DNA of 62,050 nucleotides from Clostridiaceae bacterium (GTDB taxonomy: Bacteria; Bacillota; Clostridia; Lutisporales; Lutisporaceae). How positions within the stretch are numbered: position 1 is the first letter of the stretch; every line of letters begins with the position of its first letter. Under the pieces are notes generated by a model. It was not told where the DNA came from, made no database searches, and saw only the letters and a list, made by a program, of their open reading frames with translations. Below, in pieces: positions 7,458 to 16,056 of the stretch. Location: contig JAWLHF010000001.1 of NCBI GenBank assembly GCA_041690515.1, positions 1 to 62,050 of the forward strand, read 5' to 3'. A program made the translations under genes and the position numbers.

Positions 7458-7700
7458 TTACAGTCCGCCAAAGCCAAAGGTTCTTCCAAAACCGCCAAAG
7501 GCGATTATTGCCAGTATTATGATGAAGAAGAAGCTGTTGTCGATACCCCAGGTAGGACCTGCTGCCAGTAGTATGAACAACAGGAGCAGAAGCAGAAAGC
7601 CGTTGCCTTCACATCTTCCTCCAAAGGGAGATACTGCTGATCCAGGCAGGCAGCCGGCTGCTGCAACCCCGGGATTGATTCCTCCATAACTATTTGCCAT
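7458..7700 (-). CDS. Tiny-TM (YjcZ-like) small membrane protein, paralogue of 8113..8343
   Basis: RBS GGGAGG. Translation is MANSYGGINPGVAAAGCLPGS...GFLLLLLLFILLAAG...FFFIIILAIIAFGG. The GF(L/A)LxxxLFILL core resembles tiny sporulation TM proteins. Confidence 0.65.
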   Translation of the reverse strand: MANSYGGINPGVAAAGCLPGSAVSPFGGRCEGNGFLLLLLLFILLAAGPTWGIDNSFFFIIILAIIAFGGFGRTFGFGGL

Positions 7701-7794
7701 ATTAAAACCTCCCTTCTTATTTAGGATTTTAATGGTGGTGTTTTGTAACCCTTCATTGGTGCTGCGGCTTGTATACCCTGAACAATATTTATTG

Positions 7795-7953
7795 CTATAC
7801 TAACAGGAAGAACGCTGTCAAAGCTAAAAAGTCTAGGGTGCTTCTATAACGCGGATAACCGTATCCATAGCCATAACGTGGATAACCATATCCATAACCA
7901 TAACGCGGATAACCATATCCATATCCGTACCTGTATCCATAGCCGTAAGGCAT
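7795..7953 (-). CDS. Unannotated 52-aa Gly/Tyr-repeat protein with a hydrophobic tail
   Basis: RBS GGAGGTG lies 6 nt before the ATG at 7953. Translation is MPYGYGYRYGYGYGYPRYGYGYGYPRYGYGYGYPRYRSTLDFLALTAFFLLV-TAG. Three 27-nt tandem units encode GYGYGYPRY. The ORF is shorter than the ORF-track cutoff. Confidence 0.6.
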   Translation of the reverse strand: MPYGYGYRYGYGYGYPRYGYGYGYPRYGYGYGYPRYRSTLDFLALTAFFLLV

Positions 7954-8112
7954 GGTCTCACCTCCTCTCCCGATGATTAAGGGATAACCATTACATGTCC
8001 TACTCTATAATATGTTGTCTTTCTATTTTGGTTCCTCATAGAATATGCGCATATGATTTGTAAATAAAAAAAACTGACCGGGAAGGCCAGATTGTTTTTG
8101 CAGCAGTGCTTG

Positions 8113-8343
8113 TCAACGGCTTAGCCCAAAGGCTTTGGATACACCCCCAAGGCCAATGACAGTCATTATAATAATAAAGAAATAGCTGCTGTTTAATCCC
8201 ATTGCAGGGCTTGCAGCAAGTAAGATAAAAAGAAGCAATAAGATCAGGAACTCATCATTTCTGCAAGCCTTTTGCACTGTAACTTCAGAGGGAACAGTAT
8301 ATCCTGAATTGCAATCAAGACCCCTGCTGAACCTGCGTGCCAT
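8113..8343 (-). CDS. Tiny-TM (YjcZ-like) small membrane protein
   Basis: RBS GGAGGTG before the ATG at 8343. Translation is MARRFSRGLDCNSGYTVPSEVTVQKACRNDEFLILLLLFILLAASPAMGLNSSYFFIIIMTVIGLGG. It is collinear with 7458..7700. A terminator-like hairpin plus T-run lies at about 8063-8090. Confidence 0.65.
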   Translation of the reverse strand: MARRFSRGLDCNSGYTVPSEVTVQKACRNDEFLILLLLFILLAASPAMGLNSSYFFIIIMTVIGLGGVSKAFGLSR

Positions 8344-8530
8344 ATTTTCACCTCCAGTATATTGCATAAGCAGATCTCTTTGGCCGTATATTCTTCTCAA
8401 TTATATACTATGTACATACTCAGGTTTGGTTACCCCATGGCATGCTAATATTGCTGTAAGGAGGGTGTATATTGGTAAGAGAGAATAATAACAAGCAGCC
8501 TCTCAAATTGTTAATTTATGATAAAACTAT

Positions 8531-8559
8531 TGAAATTTCCCAATGGTATGCCTATAATT
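8531..8559 (+). promoter_or_regulatory. Sigma-A promoter of the Mn riboswitch-mntP unit
   Basis: TTGAAA (8531-8536), a 17-nt spacer, then TATAAT (8554-8559). Confidence 0.7.
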
Positions 8560-8565
8560 GTATTT

Positions 8566-8712
8566 ATAAGATAATATTCGCATGAGGGAGTAATTGGCAC
8601 ATGTGTGCGGCAATGTCAACATACTGATGTATGGTCAATAGGTACAAACATCTGGCTTGCCTTAAATAATGAGACTCATGTATAACTTATTCGTTATACA
8701 TAGTCTCTTTTT
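8566..8712 (+). promoter_or_regulatory. yybP-ykoY (manganese) riboswitch with an intrinsic terminator
   Basis: GAGGGAGUAA...GUCAACAUAC...GGCUUGCC...GAGAC blocks, followed by the hairpin GAGACTCATGTATAAC-ttattc-GTTATACATAGTCTC plus TTTTTT (8670-8712). It lies directly upstream of mntP, the canonical context. Confidence 0.7.
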
Positions 8713-8771
8713 TGTTTGCATAACATAAACAGTGTGTGTCAGCAGTACAAAAGCACGAATGGAGGAAAACT

Positions 8772-9407
8772 ATGGATATACTGTCAATTATACTGATAGC
8801 TGTTGGCCTTTCTATGGATGCCTTCGCTGTATCGGTGACAAACGGGATTATCATAAGGGATTTGAAGGCAGGACATGTCTTGAAAATCGGGCTTTACTTC
8901 GGTGCATTTCAGGCAATTATGCCTCTGATTGGCTGGCTTGCAGGTTTTCAATTCAAGGATTACATAGTGACTATAGATCACTGGATAGCTTTTGGATTGT
9001 TGGCGATACTGGGGGTCAAGATGATACACGAAGCTTTTGGTGAAGAAATGGGGGAGGAAGCAGTAAAAGAAGATATGTGTGAAGTAGCTATATCCACCCA
9101 GGGTACAGTATGTGAGAGCCCTTTAAGGAAAGGAAGACTGCTGGTACTTGCAGTGGCCACCAGCATTGATGCCCTTGCTGTTGGCATCAGCTTTGCTTTT
9201 CTGCAGGTATCAATTGTTCTTTCAGCATTGGTAATAGGATTGATTACCTTTGGGATATGTTGTGCAGGAGTATGCATAGGCAACAGATTTGGAGGCCTGC
9301 TGAAAAAGAAAGCGGAGATAGCAGGGGGACTTATATTGATAAGCATTGGACTTAAGATACTTCTGGAGCATACGGGATTTATTTATAAAATTATATCTGT
9401 ACTATGA
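8772..9407 (+). CDS. mntP: Manganese efflux pump MntP
   Basis: N-terminal sequence MDILSIILIAVGLSMDAFAVSV...GAFQAIMPLIGW and the repeated SIDALAVG half-domain. RBS GGAGGA. TGA stop. Confidence 0.85.
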   Translation: MDILSIILIAVGLSMDAFAVSVTNGIIIRDLKAGHVLKIGLYFGAFQAIMPLIGWLAGFQFKDYIVTIDHWIAFGLLAILGVKMIHEAFGEEMGEEAVKEDMCEVAISTQGTVCESPLRKGRLLVLAVATSIDALAVGISFAFLQVSIVLSALVIGLITFGICCAGVCIGNRFGGLLKKKAEIAGGLILISIGLKILLEHTGFIYKIISVL

Positions 9408-9411
9408 CATG

Positions 9412-9433
9412 CCTGCAAATTGCAGGTTTTTTT
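9412..9433 (+). terminator. Rho-independent terminator of mntP
   Basis: CCTGCAAATTGCAGG followed by TTTTTTT. Confidence 0.8.
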
Positions 9434-9542
9434 CTCTTCATAATTTCTTCATAGTATTTCGGTAGAATCAAGGATAATATGGAATACAAACGCATTCCAA
9501 TATGGATTTCGGATGGAGAATATATCTGGGGGGAAGTGTCGT

Positions 9543-10955
9543 ATGAAAATAGCGAAAATTGTACTGAAGGTTGAAGACATGACCTGTACCGGCTGCGAAG
9601 CAAGGATAGAGAATGAGCTGAAAAAGCTGGAGGGTGTGGAGAAGATAAAGGCAGAATACGCAAAAGCAAAGGTAATTGTCACATATAATTCAGATAAGAT
9701 AAGTGCGAGGGACATCATACAAGGTATTGAAAGAGCGGGATACAAGGGGTATGACCATGAGAAGAAGCCTGCCGGCGGAGTCTTGCAGTCCGGGGAGAAC
9801 ATGAGCCAGCTGTTAGGTATAGGAGTAATAATGGCGGCTCTTTATGTCATTATTAATAATACCATCGGCTTTAACTTCATACCCGAGGTGAATCAGTCCA
9901 TGGGGTATGGGATACTGTTTGTGGTTGGGCTTCTTACTTCCTTGCACTGTATTGCAATGTGCGGTGGGATAAATCTCTCCCAGTGCATTAATTACAAGCA
10001 TACTTCAAGCTCAGGTACCGGCAGTATGAAGCCGGGGTTGTTGTACAATACTGGCAGAGTGGTATCTTATACCGTAATCGGAGGCATAGTCGGAGGTATA
10101 GGTTCGGTTGTCAGCTTCTCGGGAAGTGCGAAGGGTATCGTAGCAATAATTGCAGGTTTATTTATGATTGTAATGGGAGTAAACATGCTTGGTATTTTTC
10201 CATGGCTCAAAAGATTCAATCCCAGAATGCCCAAGATATTTGGTGAAAAAATATATGGAAGCAGAGGGAAAAACGGTCCTTTTTATGTAGGACTTCTGAA
10301 CGGCCTTATGCCCTGCGGCCCTCTGCAGGCAATGCAGCTATACGCACTTGGTACCGGAAGCGTGATCTCAGGAGCAATGTCTATGTTTTTCTTTAGCCTT
10401 GGAACAGTTCCGCTGATGCTTGGCTTTGGAACAGTAATCACAATGTTTGGCAAGAAGCTGAGCGGAAGGCTGATGAAGGTAAGCGCCGTACTGGTGGTGG
10501 TGCTCGGAGTCATAATGATGAGCAGGGGTATGATGCTTTCGGGAGTCAATACGACTTTTGCAGATGCGCCTGCCAGCGGGAATATTGCTGTTGTAAGAAA
10601 TGGTATACAAGAGGTATCCATTGACCTTAAACCCAACAGATATGATCCTGTGGTTGTACAGAAAGGGATTCCTGTAAGATTTATAATTAATGCGGAAGCC
10701 GAAAATATAAACGGATGCAATAATGCAATAATAATACCGAAGCATAATATACAAAAAGCTTTGATGCCGGGAGAGAACATCATTGAGTTCATACCTGAGG
10801 AAACAGGCACTGTTCCTTATTCATGCTGGATGGGTATGATAGGGAGCAGCATAAAGGTTGTTGAAGATCTGGCTCAAGTCACAGAGAAAGATATTGAAAG
10901 TGCAGAGGCAGGTGTGGTTCCCGGAGGCGGAAGCGGAGGCTGCTGTGGATTTTAA
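9543..10955 (+). CDS. Three-domain metal protein: N-terminal HMA (MTCTGCE), a polytopic DsbD_2/TauE-SafE-like membrane core (LHCIAMCGG ... LMPCGPLQ), a C-terminal cupredoxin-like domain (YSCWMGMIG) and a GGSGGCCGF tail
   Basis: The domain motifs are read directly from the translation. The start at ATG 9543 follows a GGGGGGAAG RBS. Confidence 0.75.
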   Translation: MKIAKIVLKVEDMTCTGCEARIENELKKLEGVEKIKAEYAKAKVIVTYNSDKISARDIIQGIERAGYKGYDHEKKPAGGVLQSGENMSQLLGIGVIMAALYVIINNTIGFNFIPEVNQSMGYGILFVVGLLTSLHCIAMCGGINLSQCINYKHTSSSGTGSMKPGLLYNTGRVVSYTVIGGIVGGIGSVVSFSGSAKGIVAIIAGLFMIVMGVNMLGIFPWLKRFNPRMPKIFGEKIYGSRGKNGPFYVGLLNGLMPCGPLQAMQLYALGTGSVISGAMSMFFFSLGTVPLMLGFGTVITMFGKKLSGRLMKVSAVLVVVLGVIMMSRGMMLSGVNTTFADAPASGNIAVVRNGIQEVSIDLKPNRYDPVVVQKGIPVRFIINAEAENINGCNNAIIIPKHNIQKALMPGENIIEFIPEETGTVPYSCWMGMIGSSIKVVEDLAQVTEKDIESAEAGVVPGGGSGGCCGF

Positions 10956-10978
10956 TGGTTGGGAAGGATTGAACAAAT

Positions 10979-11110
10979 ATGTTAAAATCAATTAAGAAAG
11001 CGATACACAGATTTATTGAAAAGCTTGCAAAAGAGAGTGAGGAATCCTTTGGCAAGGAGAGGCTTGACTGCTGTAGCTTGGACAGACCAAAGGGCAGTAA
11101 GGATAAGTAA
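10979..11110 (+). CDS. 43-aa LDCC-motif putative metal-binding mini-protein (not in the ORF track)
   Basis: RBS GGAAGGA lies 9 nt upstream. Translation is MLKSIKKAIHRFIEKLAKESEESFGKERLDCCSLDRPKGSKDK-TAA. It sits between the HMA-fusion gene and the response regulator gene. Confidence 0.5.
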   Translation: MLKSIKKAIHRFIEKLAKESEESFGKERLDCCSLDRPKGSKDK

Positions 11111-11125
11111 TCGGGGGCGATAATA

Positions 11126-11827
11126 TTGTATGATGGCAATATCAAGATTATGATTGTTGAGGATGAAGAAAAGATAGCCGAGGTCATCAGATCGTATCTG
11201 GAGAAGGAGGGGTTTGAGGTGTTTTGTGCATACAACGGCAGTGAAGCATTGGAGCTATTCGGCCGCATAAACCCCGGCCTCATTGTGCTGGATCTGATGC
11301 TGCCTGACATGTCAGGAGAGGATATATGCAGAAGCATAAGGAAAAAGTCGAGGGTGCCTATAATCATGCTTACAGCGAAGGTGGAAGAAGAGAGCATACT
11401 CAATGGCCTTGGCATCGGTGCAGATGATTATGTAACAAAGCCTTTCAGCCCCAGGCAGCTGGTCGCAAGGGTAATAGCCCTCTTGAGACGTTCCGGCGAT
11501 GAAATGCTGCCCCTGTCCAATATCATGTCCTTTAACGGCGGGGAGCTTTATATAGACAGTATAAGGCACGAGGTCAAAAGAGACGGACAGCCGGTGAATC
11601 TGACACCCAACGAATTCAAGATACTGATGGCTCTTGTAAAGTATCCTCAGAAAGCCTTTACCCGTGATGAGCTTGTTTTCCTGGTATTGGGAGAGGATTA
11701 TGAAGGTTATGACAGAACCATAGACACTCATGTGAAGAATCTCCGGCAGAAGATAGAACCGGATGTGAAGGCTCCCAGGTATATTCTTACTGTCTATGGT
11801 GTAGGTTACAAGTTTGGTGGTGAATAG
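11126..11827 (+). CDS. OmpR/PhoB family response regulator
   Basis: REC domain (IMIVEDEE, LDLMLPDMSG, LTAK) plus a winged-helix trans_reg_C domain (LTPNEFKIL...VYGVGYKF). TTG start 8 nt after GGGGG. Confidence 0.85.
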   Translation: MYDGNIKIMIVEDEEKIAEVIRSYLEKEGFEVFCAYNGSEALELFGRINPGLIVLDLMLPDMSGEDICRSIRKKSRVPIIMLTAKVEEESILNGLGIGADDYVTKPFSPRQLVARVIALLRRSGDEMLPLSNIMSFNGGELYIDSIRHEVKRDGQPVNLTPNEFKILMALVKYPQKAFTRDELVFLVLGEDYEGYDRTIDTHVKNLRQKIEPDVKAPRYILTVYGVGYKFGGE

Positions 11828-11830
11828 AAA

Positions 11831-13219
11831 ATGAAGCTCAGTTTGAGGAACAAGCTTTCCCTGTCTTATATTACCATAGCTATGATATGCGTTCTGCTTA
11901 TAAGTATAATTGCCAACCTGTCACTGGAAAGCCAATTTAGAAAATATGTTCAGAAAAACCAGGAAACAAGGAATGAAAATATAATCAGGCTTGTAAGCCA
12001 GCAATACCATGGAGGGGAAGGCTGGAACAGGGATGTCATACAGGATATAGGGATACATGCTTTGGAAAATGGGATGATTATAAGTGTTTCGGACAGCGAT
12101 GATGAAATAGTATGGGATGCGACGCTGTATAACAATGGGATGTGCCAGCAGATGATCAAGCATATGACCCTTAACATGTCCAGCAGATATCCCAATTGGA
12201 AAGGAGAATTCACAACCTCCACCTACCCGGTGATGAGCGGTGATGAGGAAGTCGGAAGTGTGGTTATTGGGTACTACGGGCCTTTCTACTTCAATGAGGC
12301 TGACCTGACATTTATAAATACATTGAATATGGTGTTTGTAGGAGTGGGGGTATTATCCCTCATACTATCCCTTGTTTTTGGGTATATGACATCAAAGAGC
12401 ATAAGCACGCCGATTTCAAGAGTGATAGATACGGCTGAGATGATATCAAAAGGCCGGTATGACGACAGAAGCAATGAGACATCTGACATAAAAGAAATCG
12501 AACAACTGACAGTAAGTGTGAACAACCTTGCTTTGACTCTCGGTAAGCAGGAAAAACTGAGAAAAAGGCTTACTGAAGATGTAGCTCATGAATTGAGGAC
12601 TCCTTTGGCTACTCTGCAAAGCCATGTTGAAGCAATGATAGACGGAATCTGGGAAGCTGACGCCAAAAGGCTGGGGAGCATCCATGAGGAAATAACGCGA
12701 CTGAGCAGGATGGTAGGAGATTTGGAGAAGTTGACAAGATTTGAGAGGGACAATATGAACCTGGTCAAGTCTGAATTTGATATCAGCCAGCTAATAGGCA
12801 GCATATTGATCAATTTTGAAAAGGAGTACACAAGTAAGGGTATTTCTGTATCCCTTGACAGCAAGAAAGTCGATATCTTTGCCGATAGGGATAAAATAAG
12901 CCAGGTGCTTATAAACCTTATATCCAATGCAGTGAAATTCACCGGTGAAGGCGGGAAGATAAGTATTTCCACTGAGAATAACGGGGATAGTGCAGTAATA
13001 TCAATAAGTGACAATGGAATAGGAATATCAGAAGAAGACCGGCAGCATATATTCGAAAGGTTTTACAGGGTTGATAAGTCCAGAAGCAGGCTCACAGGAG
13101 GAGCCGGCATAGGGCTGACCATTGCAAAGGCAATAATTGAAGCTCATGGGGGTAATATAAATGTTGAAAGTGAAATTGGAAAAGGTACAAGCTTTATAAT
13201 AATACTCCCCAAGAGATGA
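11831..13219 (+). CDS. Sensor histidine kinase (two TM segments, extracytoplasmic loop, HAMP, HisKA, HATPase_c)
   Basis: H-box VAHELRTPLATL, N-box LISNAVKFT and G-boxes DNGIGI and GGAGIGL. It starts 4 nt after the regulator gene. Confidence 0.85.
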   Translation: MKLSLRNKLSLSYITIAMICVLLISIIANLSLESQFRKYVQKNQETRNENIIRLVSQQYHGGEGWNRDVIQDIGIHALENGMIISVSDSDDEIVWDATLYNNGMCQQMIKHMTLNMSSRYPNWKGEFTTSTYPVMSGDEEVGSVVIGYYGPFYFNEADLTFINTLNMVFVGVGVLSLILSLVFGYMTSKSISTPISRVIDTAEMISKGRYDDRSNETSDIKEIEQLTVSVNNLALTLGKQEKLRKRLTEDVAHELRTPLATLQSHVEAMIDGIWEADAKRLGSIHEEITRLSRMVGDLEKLTRFERDNMNLVKSEFDISQLIGSILINFEKEYTSKGISVSLDSKKVDIFADRDKISQVLINLISNAVKFTGEGGKISISTENNGDSAVISISDNGIGISEEDRQHIFERFYRVDKSRSRLTGGAGIGLTIAKAIIEAHGGNINVESEIGKGTSFIIILPKR

Positions 13220-13241
13220 TATAATTGAAAACTCTATGGAT

Positions 13242-13283
13242 AAAACTGCAGGGCTGAAGATATACAACAGTCCTGCAGTTTTT
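13242..13283 (+). terminator. Rho-independent terminator
   Basis: AAAACTGCAGGG-loop-TCCTGCAG followed by TTTTT. Confidence 0.7.
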
Positions 13284-13368
13284 GACCTATGGAATAATAT
13301 ATATGCGGAAAATCGCTAAAACTACATAAAGGGGAAATCAGTATTCACTTTATAATAATACGAGGAGA

Positions 13369-14520
13369 ATGGAAATGGAATTAGTATATTTTGATAACAG
13401 CGCCACGACAAAACCTCATAAACAGGTAATTGAGGAAGTGGCTCTCTGCATGGAACAATACTTTGCCAATCCTTCTTCCGCGCACAGACTGGGAGTTGAG
13501 GCGGAAAAAAAAGCTAAGGCGGCAAGAACCAAAGTAGCTGCACTTATTGGAGCCGTCCCCCAGGATATAGTATTTACCTCGGGAGGCAGTGAGGCAAATA
13601 ATACCGCAATCCTCAGCATGATGGCAAAAGGCGGGCACATCATCTCTTCAGGGATCGAGCACCCAAGTGTTATCAGGCTTTTGGAGAGTATGGAGGCATC
13701 AGGAGTGGAGGTCACCTATCTGGAGGTTGACGGTAACGGCTTGGTAAAGCTGGACCAGCTGGAGGCTGCTGTCAAGGATAATACAAGATTGGTAACCATA
13801 ATGCATGTTAATAATGAGGTAGGCTCCATACAGCCTATTGAAGATATTGTCAGAATCGTCAGGGAAAAGAGCAGAAGGGCGCGTATCCATGTGGATGCGG
13901 TGCAGTCTGCGGGAAAGCTGGAGCTGGATGTCAAGAAACTTGATATTGATATGCTTTCTCTAAGTGCTCATAAGATCCACGGACCTAAAGGTATAGGGGC
14001 GCTGTATATAAGAAGCGGACTGGATCTCAAACCACTTATCCATGGTGGAGGACAGGAGCGGGGAATGAGGTCGGGTACAGAGAATCTTCCGGGGATATCA
14101 GGCTTTGGAACAGCAGCTTCCGCCGCTTTGGAGAACAGACAGGAGAAAGCGGGCCGGGTACATATGGTCAAGAAGTATTTTATTGAAAGATTGTCAGAGA
14201 TCAGTGATATATCAATAAACAGTCCAATTGATGACCGTCATATTGACAACATATTAAATGTTTCCTTCAGGGGAGTGAGAGGTGAAGTACTACTCCATGC
14301 CCTTGAGGATTACAGGATATATGTTTCAACAGGCTCTGCCTGTTCTGCAAAGCAGTCTGAACACCGAAGCCATGTGCTTCCTGCATTGGGCCTTAGAGAA
14401 TGTGATGTGGAAGGCGCCATAAGGTTCAGCTTTTCTTATGAGAATACTCTTGCAGAGGTCGACTATACCATGGAAGCACTGAAAAAGATACTGCCCTTTT
14501 TAAGGAGGTTGAGAGGATGA
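13369..14520 (+). CDS. nifS: Cysteine desulfurase (NifS/IscS class V aminotransferase)
   Basis: YFDNSATT, SAHKIHGPKGIGALY (PLP Lys) and SGSACS (active-site Cys). It overlaps thiI by 4 nt. Confidence 0.85.
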   Translation: MEMELVYFDNSATTKPHKQVIEEVALCMEQYFANPSSAHRLGVEAEKKAKAARTKVAALIGAVPQDIVFTSGGSEANNTAILSMMAKGGHIISSGIEHPSVIRLLESMEASGVEVTYLEVDGNGLVKLDQLEAAVKDNTRLVTIMHVNNEVGSIQPIEDIVRIVREKSRRARIHVDAVQSAGKLELDVKKLDIDMLSLSAHKIHGPKGIGALYIRSGLDLKPLIHGGGQERGMRSGTENLPGISGFGTAASAALENRQEKAGRVHMVKKYFIERLSEISDISINSPIDDRHIDNILNVSFRGVRGEVLLHALEDYRIYVSTGSACSAKQSEHRSHVLPALGLRECDVEGAIRFSFSYENTLAEVDYTMEALKKILPFLRRLRG

Positions 14521-15659
14521 AATGCCTGTTGGTCAAGTACTCAAGTGAGATCACCCTCAAAGGTCTCAACAGGAGACAGTTTGAGGATGGTCTGCTTAAG
14601 GAAGTGAGAAGGAGAATCGGAGGAGAGCATAAGATACATAAAGAGTCGGGACGGTTTTTCGTATACTCATATTCAGATGAGATAATAAAAGAGCTGCAGA
14701 AGGTTTTCGGAATACTTAGGGTTGCTGTGGCTGATATTGTAGAAAAGGATATTGAAGACATAGGCAGGGCTGCAGTTGAACAAATAAGAGGTATGAAGAA
14801 TGTAAAGACCTTTAAGGTGGAGAGTAAGAGAGGAGACAAGAGTTTTCCCTTAAATTCCATGGAGCTGTCAAGGGAGATCGGGGGATTTGTACTCAAATCA
14901 ATAGAAGGCATCAGGGTGGATGTCCACAATCCTGAAGTTATAGTAAGTGTAGAGGTAAGAGATAAAGCATATGTATATGCCAAAGAATATGAGGGAGTCG
15001 GGGGCATGCCGTACAAGAGTGCCGGAAAAGGAATGCTTCTGCTTTCCGGAGGCATCGACAGTCCTGTGGCAGGCTTCATGATGGCTAAGAGAGGCCTGGA
15101 GCTGTCCTGTGTGTATTATCACAGCCATCCCTACACCAGCGAAAGAGCAAAAGAAAAGGTAGTGGACCTGGCCAGAAAACTATCGGAATATACAGGTCCC
15201 ATAAAGCTCTATGTTATCCCTTTCACCCGAATACAGATGGAGATTATAGAAAAGTGCAGGGAAGATGAACTTACAATAATCATGAGAAGATTTATGATGA
15301 AGCTGGCAGAGCTGGCAGCGGCTAAAGAGAGAGCAAAAGCCCTGGTCACCGGGGAAAGCCTGGGACAGGTGGCAAGTCAGACTTTGGACAGTATATTTGT
15401 GACAAACAGTGAGCTTGAGCTTCCGGTATTCAGACCGCTGATAGGAATGGATAAGATAGACATAATGGATATTTCCAGAAAAATCGGTACATATGAGATA
15501 TCGATACTTCCTTATGAGGATTGCTGTACCATATTTGTTCCCAAACATCCCAAAACCCGGCCGAGGCTCGTCGAAATAAGAGCTTCAGAGGAAAAACTGG
15601 ATGCAGCGGGACTTATGATGGAAGCGATGGAAAATGCAGAAATAATTGTTGTAGAATAA
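14517..15659 (+). CDS. thiI: tRNA 4-thiouridine(8) synthase ThiI
   Basis: THUMP-like N-terminus and the PP-loop SGGIDSPVA. The nifS-thiI pairing is typical of Firmicutes. Confidence 0.85.
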   Translation: MKCLLVKYSSEITLKGLNRRQFEDGLLKEVRRRIGGEHKIHKESGRFFVYSYSDEIIKELQKVFGILRVAVADIVEKDIEDIGRAAVEQIRGMKNVKTFKVESKRGDKSFPLNSMELSREIGGFVLKSIEGIRVDVHNPEVIVSVEVRDKAYVYAKEYEGVGGMPYKSAGKGMLLLSGGIDSPVAGFMMAKRGLELSCVYYHSHPYTSERAKEKVVDLARKLSEYTGPIKLYVIPFTRIQMEIIEKCREDELTIIMRRFMMKLAELAAAKERAKALVTGESLGQVASQTLDSIFVTNSELELPVFRPLIGMDKIDIMDISRKIGTYEISILPYEDCCTIFVPKHPKTRPRLVEIRASEEKLDAAGLMMEAMENAEIIVVE

Positions 15660-15712
15660 AATGTTTTTCAAGACTAATAATAAAACTGAATAAATCATAA
15701 GGAGGCTTATAT

Positions 15713-15889
15713 ATGCAAGGCAGAGTTGAAAGGAAAAATGACCATTTGCCCGGGGTTAAATGTGTAGTAAACACATGCCACTATTATTCCCAGGGTGATT
15801 ACTGCAATGCTGCGAAAATAGAAATACAGCCAAATAATGCAGCCAATACCCAGGAGACAGACTGTGCTACTTTTGCACCAAAACATTAA
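15713..15889 (+). CDS. DUF1540-like small Cys-rich protein (58 aa, not in the ORF track)
   Basis: RBS AAGGAGG. Translation is MQGRVERKNDHLPGVKCVVNTCHYYSQGDYCNAAKIEIQPNNAANTQETDCATFAPKH, with the pattern VxCxVxxCxY...CxA...ETxCxTF. Confidence 0.65.
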   Translation: MQGRVERKNDHLPGVKCVVNTCHYYSQGDYCNAAKIEIQPNNAANTQETDCATFAPKH

Positions 15890-15905
15890 AAAACATAGTT
15901 TGATA

Positions 15906-15954
15906 CCCCTGCTGCCCTTTATAGCGTTGTCTATAAAGGGCAGCGGGTTTGTTG
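15906..15954 (+). terminator. Rho-independent terminator, followed by a GTAGGGGCGCGCATTGCGCGTCC palindromic unit (15956-15979)
   Basis: CCCTGCTGCCCTTTATAG-cgttgt-CTATAAAGGGCAGCGGG followed by TTTGTTG. Confidence 0.7.
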
Positions 15955-16056
15955 TGTAGGGGCGCGCATTGCGCGTCCGTTTTCGGGGTATTAACAAAGG
16001 AGAAAATCTGATATATTGATATAATATACAAGTTGAAAAGAAGGATGGTAGTTGAT

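Noticed and set aside
7836-7950. Tandem 27-nt repeats that could be taken for a mini CRISPR or VNTR array.
   Set aside because: The repeats are contiguous with no spacers, in frame, and encode GYGYGYPRY within an RBS-led ORF. They are coding repeats, not CRISPR. No CRISPR array exists anywhere in the window.
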